DNA of 64,000 nt from assembly GCF_006345805.1 (NCBI RefSeq), contig NC_042999.1, positions 146,754,001 to 146,818,000 of the forward strand. The letters run 5' to 3'. The translations under genes were made by a program, and so were the position numbers. This document shows, piece by piece, positions 56,141-64,000 of this stretch (position 1 is the stretch's first letter; each line of letters begins with the position of its first letter). The notes beneath the pieces were generated by a model that was not told the DNA's origin, ran no database searches, and worked only from the letters and a program-made list of their open reading frames with translations. The stretch is from Octopus sinensis. Taxonomy: Eukaryota.

Positions 56141-57177
56141 CCTTATTATTATTATCCTTATTATTATTATTACATTCGTTAACATCTTCAGTATTTCGAT
56201 TATTTGAATTTTTCTTGGGGGGACATTTGTTTTACACAAGAATTCATTAGTTGCATGGAAAGAGGTTTCCAAAAGTGAAAGATGCATTATTGTAATTTGC
56301 AAATGTTTGTGTGTGTGTGTGTGTGTGTGCGTGTGTGTGTGAGTGGAAAGAGAGAGAGAGAGAAATAAAGTTAGACAGAGGGAGAAAATGAGTGGAAGAG
56401 GCAGCAGATATAAATGAGAGAGGGAAGCAGAGAATACCTACTTCCCGTACTAAAATGTTATTTACCATGCAAATAGTATTAGAGAAAGAAAAAAAAATCT
56501 TTCCAAAAAGATTCACAAACTGCAACAACAGCAATACAATATGTCTACAAGGTTGTATTGTGAGTACAAGATATTTTGTCGGACGATGGACCGTACAAAT
56601 AGAACATATAAAAGGCTTAATAGAGGAGCAAGAAGGTTATTTAAAGAGAGAGATTGCAACATGGCTGAAACTAGAAAGTAATTATACACAAATATTTATT
56701 TTATTACACCCTTTTTTTTTAACTTTGTAAATAAGTATGTGTTATATATTTCTCTTGTTTTTATTTCTACGAAATGATATAATTTCCTCCGCTGTTGCTA
56801 TTTGTGTGGATACAACATCATAATCATAAATTTCATTATTAGTCGCAGTATCCTCGTAGTCTCATTTGTTATTGCTTTTATTGAACAAGCGAGCGCAGTT
56901 TTGTCTGCCCCGGGTACGAAGAGTTTATTTTGTTCGCATATTATTTTTATTTTTCTGCTCCATTGAATGTACGACACATAACATCTCAGCAGTGCTTAGT
57001 AATACTATTTTCTGTAGGCAGTGCATGAGCGCCTGATGTAGTTATATATCTGATGACGTCTTTTCTTTATCGTTCTCAAGAAGGTTTCTTCGATTTTCTA
57101 TTCTAGCATTCTCCTTATTATAATACCCAGATTTTGCTAATGGTTGTATTTTTTATATATGATGTTGTTCATGTTGT

Positions 57178-57244
<67 letters not shown>

Positions 57245-57406
57245 ACCGCTGCTGTTGCTGCTGCTGCTACTGCTGCTGCTACTGCTGCTGCTACTGCTGC
57301 TGCTACTGCTGATGCTACCGCCTCTATCATTATTTATAAAGCGATGAGCCAAAGGAATCGTTACAGCATCGGCAACAATGTCTTGTGACATTTTCCCAGC
57401 ACTTTA

Positions 57407-57517
<111 letters not shown>

Positions 57518-57604
57518 CCTGCTTTAAATAAAGCATATTACTCTACCACTGGTATTTGAGTACTCTTTTTTCCACCTTGTTTCACATTTATGTGTTCACT
57601 CCGG

Positions 57605-57682
<78 letters not shown>

Positions 57683-57724
57683 ATATATCTATATATATGT
57701 ACATATAGTAAAACGAGAATCCAC

Positions 57725-58254
57725 ATCAAAGTGGCACGTGTACGTTACTACTACTTTAACCCTAGGCAGATTCTCCACCAGCCGGTTTTCGATGCAACGT
57801 TCTGCACCTTATATACAATATATCGCTAGGAGGGGGAGCGAACTCGTACTAACCTCCATGAGCAAACAGGATCGGGGGACTGGCCAGTTTCAAGCTGGCT
57901 GGCTCTTCGTCAGCCGCAAGTACATGCGCAATGGTGTGATAGCTAACATCCGCTTCTTCCAGTGACATATTGAAAAAAAAATCAGTGACCATTGGTCACT
58001 GATTTGCAACAAGCAAATTAGCTAGTAATAAAATCTCAAGTAGAGATAGAGTAATAACGTATACTAAACAGTAAAGCGGGTAGCCACATCGAAGCGGCAG
58101 TTGAATGTTACTACTATTTTAACCTCAGTCAGATTCTGATGGAGGTTAGTAGGGGTTCGCTCCTCTTGCTAGCGATATATTATATATAAAGGATGCAGCT
58201 AGTGGGGAATCTGCTTGGGGTTAAACTAGTAGTAACATCACTTGTCACTTTGAT
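57725..58254. mobile_element. 530-bp element with long imperfect terminal inverted repeats, central hairpin and a minimal hammerhead
   Basis: Blocks A 57744-57780 and B 57802-57859 recur inverted at 58200-58236 and 58139-58198. An extra direct A copy is at 58107-58137, and a 12-bp perfect hairpin at 57979-58005. Confidence 0.75.
57874..57917 (-). ncRNA. predicted minimal (Penelope-type) type I hammerhead ribozyme
   Basis: GCGG-CUGACGA-A-GAGC-CAGCCA-GCUU-GAAAC-UGGCCA-GUC-CCCC. All core nucleotides are intact and stem III (ACUGGCCAGU) is palindromic; stem I is weak (one C-C mismatch). Confidence 0.65.
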
Positions 58255-59400
58255 CACACCTGCGGTTAATTCTGTGAGAATGGACAACTTGTCAATGTTT
58301 TCAAAAGGTGTCTCTCCCTCTTCTTCTTCTTCTTCTTCTTCTTCTTCTTCTTCTTCTTCTTCTTCTCTTCTTCTTCTTCTTCTTCTTCACCTCCTCCTCC
58401 TCGCCCGCCACATCCCCTCTCCTCCTCCTCCCCCTCCTCCTCCTCCTCCATCTTCTGCATGCTGTTGCTGCTGTTACATACATTACCGCGTATGTTAGCT
58501 TGAATTTCGTTGCGAACAGGATTCCTGAAATATCAACTCTCCAACGCAGAATTCTTACAATATACAGGATCCCATTTTTCTGCACGTCAGCAATGAACAC
58601 TCAGTTCCAATATTCCTCACCTTCGTAGCCAGCAGTTTTGATTTTGTGCAAAGTGTACCAATTATTACAGGAGGAATAACCCTAACCTTAGTCTTCCCAA
58701 TCTCTTCACTTCTCTTTCTAGGTCTCGATCTTTCTCAATGTTCTCGATTTCTTCAGTATCCACTGTATTGTCAGATGGTATTGCAATATCAGTAAGCTTG
58801 AATTGCTCGTTTTGTTTCTAAAATTGTATTTGACCTTCTTGTTTATAAATTATGATATGTCTTTATGGTGAAATCTCATAAAATCTTACTTTTTAATCTT
58901 CATCGCGTCCTCTGGTTCGTGTTCATAGTACTTCTCTTCTACTTTGAATCCATACACTTGGCTAACATCTCAATGCACTCCTTTGTAGATACAATCATGC
59001 GTGCACTTGTATTCTTTTCGTGCATTTATCTATCATTATTTGACGTTGATCTGCTGAAAGTACGTGAGAATATTCTTCTATTCCTTCGTTAATAACGGAG
59101 ACACTCATGCGTATATTCAGAAATAGCAGCACTCGGAACCTATGCGGAAATATAACGTTGAACCTGACAGACTGGTGACGTGCTCGAGCTAGAGATGACA
59201 GCAACTCAGAATAGTATAAGCTTTGTTAATAACCATGTTAATGTGCGTGTGTTTGTGTTTCTGAACTAAATTGTTAACTTTTCGTAATATATTGCTTTAC
59301 ATGTTTTATACGAATATCACATCTCCAGGTGTTTTGTAATCCATTTGTACGTCACGTTTTGTATTATAGATAAGGGCTCACGTGGCCAATAACAGAATCA

Positions 59401-59460
<60 letters not shown>

Positions 59461-59488
59461 TAATAATAATAATAATATAATAATAATA

Positions 59489-59551
<63 letters not shown>

Positions 59552-60014
59552 GAGTGAGAGAGCAGTGCATGCCATCAAAGTGACACTGGGGTAAAATATA
59601 CGAAGCCCAATATACCCATCATGACTACCCGTCTGATAAGGGTACACCGGGCACATGCATCACAACCATATGTGCGCGACATGGTGATCTCATATCAAGA
59701 TAAACAGCACATGACCTTGCAGGTGGGGCCCAGTTAGAATTTTCTTCAGGTTGAGTAGCCCATCCCGCTCAAAAGGTCCCTGAATAAGGGTTGTTTAAGG
59801 ATGTTGAAAGAACCACCCATGTTTCCAGAGGTGAATTATTCAAACCCCAAAGAATCCCTCTCAACACATGGCTATGATGCTCCCCCACTACTTCTGCTCG
59901 TGATCAGAGATGCATATATCGTCAGCCACTAAGGGACATGCTCAACTAGTTAAGGTCAAACAACTGACAAGCAAATCTGTGGTATTGAGCAGAATATTTG
60001 CTGTAGCTCATCTT
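59552..60014 (+). mobile_element. (ATT)n-associated repeat, copy 5
   Basis: Near-identical to copy 1; long (AAT)n/(ATT)n upstream (59405-59551) and (ATT)n downstream. Confidence 0.9.
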
Positions 60015-60036
60015 ATTATTATTATTATTATTATTA

Positions 60037-60094
<58 letters not shown>

Positions 60095-60954
60095 TGTTGT
60101 TGTTGCTGCTACTGCTCCAGTTCTTATTCTTATTCACATTGGTGTTGTTGCCACCATCACTGTTATGATTACTAATATTAAAACTATTATTATTAATGTT
60201 GTCTCAATGCTGTTCTTGATTTGTTTCTATTCCTTACATTGATTTAGGATCGATAATGCTCACACGAAATTCTCCTAAGACTATAACAAATCAACTTAAA
60301 TATATTTGCTTTGCCATTTGCAATTATCTGATTAAGCGCTTGTTCATCTACTTACGTATTTTAAAAATCATTTCCAATCGTCCATGAATTCTTCATTTCT
60401 TTCATTGGAATTATTGCGTTATTTAAGCTATATTATTTATTTTCAATTTTTGATAGATTAGAATTTGTCTTTTTATTTCTGTGTGCTTTTGACAATAACT
60501 ATATCAAGAAATATTACACAAAACACAATGAATATGCAACATCTGTATGTGTAAGTGAGCATATTTTATTAAGAAAAAATCTTTTAAATATCCAATTGAG
60601 GTACTTCAGAAAGTGTAGCAGAAGCTGGTAAAACTAAATTATTTCTTACATTTTCGTTTTAATAACGATGTATTTTATGGAAAGTTATGTAATGAAAAGG
60701 AATTATTGCAGTCTGATGGTGACATGCCTCCTCTCGTAGGAAAATATTTATTTGATTCATCACATTCGATTACAACAACAACGTCAGTAACAAGAACAAT
60801 AATGATACCAGTAAGAATTCTAATAGAGATTTATTATATATTCACATTGATAAAATGCTAAACTGTGCTAAGCAAGTGGATGGGAAATATTAGGTATACG
60901 AAAGAAAATATTAATAGTTAAACACATTACACCCCTACCCCAAACATTTATGAA

Positions 60955-60990
<36 letters not shown>

Positions 60991-62216
60991 CGTGAAGACC
61001 TGTGTCGCATTCGTTAAAGTGTGACACTCACGATCATTAGAACAATTGTGTAGGTTTTCGATCCGAGTGGAAGCCAAACTGTTTCGAGGAAGAGAATTAA
61101 TTTAATGTGGCCCAATTCCATTTCGTTGTAAAGGAGTTCTAACAAAAGCTGATAACCAAATTCTGTGACGGACTGGCATCTCGTTGAGAGGTAACGCTGC
61201 AGTTTCAGTTATTTTATACAACATGGAAATCGGTTTAAGGTTCGAGTCTTAGTGATCATGACGGACGCAGTTAAAATACAATCCTAATAAAATGACGCTA
61301 TTTTCAACCGGAACTGCTAAAAACATGAATAAGATCTATGCATATGCTTACTGTTTTCTCCCTATATTATATAACCGAGATCACACATTGAATGTTCTAT
61401 TAATTTCTGAATATCCACAGATGTTCTTGTGTAGCACTTTTGCTGTTTTTCCAGTTATTGTTTGATGAAAGATAGCACATCAGTAAGTTTACCATGCTTC
61501 CCCCATCCCTCACGCAGCTTCTTTTCGAGGAAATAAGTTCCTTTCACGCTCATTTGACATTCTCGCTTTGGCTATGGGATTTTGGCTTCTTTTATTCATT
61601 TGCTCATAATAACATGCTAGAAAATTATAAAGTTTAAAAGGTCACTAGACCTTTATGATTGTACAACTGATCTGTAGACCCCGTTACACCAACCTGAGGC
61701 CGACAGGACCCTCTGTCAGAGACTACGGTTAGGATCGTGTCTCATTGAGTGGTGTTTGCAGAAAAATGAGATATTCTTTTCGGTTCCACACTATACAAGC
61801 CACTGGTTATTTGTATAAACAAAATACTGTTATATGTGCAAACTTATTTTAAAGATGGTGTTTAAGCATTCACTCATACGTGGATAATATGGCCTAATTG
61901 TCCTAAAAATACAAGAACAGATTCAAATATGCATATAGATATAAAGGTATATAGGTACGAGTACCGTTAATTCAAACATGATTTTCATTCTTCCTCATTT
62001 TTTCCTTTTTTTCATTCGTTCTATCCCCTCGTTTCCTTTTTGTAGAGGAGCGTAATCTGGAAACATCACAGGCATCTTCCATTTTTTCCTGGGCATCAAA
62101 CTCGAATACCCTGTTTGTTGTTCTTTCATATTTCTGCGTTTTTGTATACTTTTGTATATATTATTTGAACTATATATATATATACATACACATACATATA
62201 TGTGTGTGCATGTATG

Positions 62217-62251
<35 letters not shown>

Positions 62252-62287
62252 TCACACACACACAAACACCACACAACACACACACAC

Positions 62288-62343
<56 letters not shown>

Positions 62344-62559
62344 GCGATATGATTCAAAAGTCCATCAGACAATGACAGAAGTAGGTTAGCAACTGAAATT
62401 AATTGAAGTTAGGTAAGCTTCTTAATTTATGTCTTGTCTCCGGCAGCCTCTGTTCTATTCGCTAACGTTGTATCTTCTAACTACAGTTTGTATCCAATAG
62501 TTCACTCTTTTCAGTAAGAGAAATCTCGATTCCAGTCCATCCGTTGTCTAGCACAGCTC

Positions 62560-64000
62560 AGGATCTTTTTCTCGTGTCATATGTTGTCTTGGTAAGACGT
62601 TAAAGACAGTAGTGTCCGTTGAGTTGAAATAGTTCTATCTTAGTGTTCTGATGTGACGCGGGCACGATCTTTGAGTGAATGTTATAGTTGATATCAATAT
62701 CATTTTGACAATGCCATTACAACATACTCTACATCATAAAAGTAATATAGCCCTCGCAGCGGTGTTGGAAGGAATAAACTTCGTGTTCAGAAGGGGATCC
62801 CGTCAAGTCGTCTATTTTTCTTGTGATCGATCTCTGGGGCGCTTCATTTTTTAGAATAGATTGTGTCGTGTAGGGAGACCATAGCGAACAACAATATTCA
62901 AGGTGAGGAAGGACAAAGGGGGAGAGCAGAAGCATAATGTTAGGAGGGTCTCTAAACTGAAGAGTCCTAAAGATCAAGGAGTATGCTGGGCCATATGGAA
63001 TTTGCTGTTAATATGGGCATTTCAGCTTAAGGTGTTGTGGACGGTCACTCAGATGTTCATAGCGGTGTTTGATGCTACGTGTCTTTAGCCGGTGGGAGGA
63101 AAGTATGGTAGCTTGAGTGCCGCCTCTTTACCGAAGTGGATTAGTTAAAACTTATCTTCGTTTAGCTACATAGTGCGGTTTCCGTCCATCGGATAACTAT
63201 GAGTAGATCCGATTGGAGCTTAGTCCGATCCCCTGATCTGTCGACGACCTTTAGAAGTTGAGAGCCATACTCGAAATTTTAATGCTGTATTTGATGCCAT
63301 CATTGGTATCATTGGTGTAAATAATGAAAAGGAATGGACCCAATACTGTGCTTTGTAGGACTCCGCTGTGACTCTTTCAGAGCTTAATCGAACATCTCAT
63401 ATCACCACATTTTGGGTTCTGCTCAACAGAAAACAAACAATCCACTTTAATAAGTTGCCAAGTACTCCGATTTTAGATAACTTTCGTAATAGGATGCTGT
63501 GGTCAACCCTTTTCAAGGCGTTGCTGAAATCAAGATATATGATATCCGCAAGAAAGTAGGCTACTACTTTCTAGGAAGTGAGTTACTCACAATCGTACAA
63601 TTCTCTCAAATGATATGATGATACGAGAGATAAGTGAGATTGGTTGATTGTTCCCTGGCAGCGAATGTGTTGCCCTTTTTGTTTCGAAAATAGAGACAAG
63701 TGGCTCGGACTGGGGATTATCGGGAATATAACCAGCGTCCAGTGATTTCCTCCAGGGAACAGCTAAAGGGAATACCAGTTGATGTCAGTACTGCTGCAAG
63801 ACTCTGGTGAGGAGCCTGTCGGGGCCTGCAGCTGAGTTACATGTAATTTTATAGATAATAGCTATGATATCTGGGGTGCCGAATGATATGCCGGATAGGA
63901 TGCAGTGGAGGTTTGTTTCACCGTCAAGATTAACTATCTTGAGATTGCTGAAAGGAGAGCCGAATCTTAACCGTATCTTCTGCTCCATTATGCAGAGCGT
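62560..64000 (-). pseudogene. CR1/Jockey-group LINE reverse transcriptase pseudogene, running off the window end
   Basis: AAGPD; DIIYLDFSNALKRVDHSILLRKL; SGVLQSTVLGPFLFIIYTND; FVLPHLEYCCSLWSPY...QRSITRKI. These RT and thumb motifs occur in the correct order, with stops and frameshifts. Confidence 0.9.

Noticed and set aside
61670-61740. CUGAGG...GACAG/CUGUC...GAGAC-UACG-GUU hammerhead-like fold
   Set aside because: At least two core mismatches and no stem I.

Overview
AT-rich, microsatellite-saturated animal genomic DNA. The SINE and repeat families resemble those of Octopus/cephalopods, but this is my recognition from memory, not a database search. I can support no intact host protein-coding exon; nearly all listed ORFs are translations of simple repeats. 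The window is a patchwork of tRNA-derived SINEs, decayed mariner/Tc1/Tigger DNA transposons, CR1- and RTE-type LINE fragments, and a five-copy (ATT)n-associated repeat. The standout is a 4.7-kb non-coding array (about 37718-42408) of a ~469-bp monomer inserted in a (TA)n tract. It has ~5.9 copies in one orientation and ~4.1 inverted copies, joined head-to-head at a short palindrome (40454-40489). Each monomer carries a type I hammerhead-ribozyme fold (CUGAUGA...GAAAC-GU-UGCU-AC-GUC) with an unusual branched stem II, so the array looks like a retrozyme/circular-RNA-derived insertion. Five further dispersed Penelope-type minimal hammerhead-like motifs occur elsewhere in the window, one with an intact core at 57874-57917 and most sitting next to (TA)n tracts. 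Ribozyme activity and mechanism are inferences that need testing.
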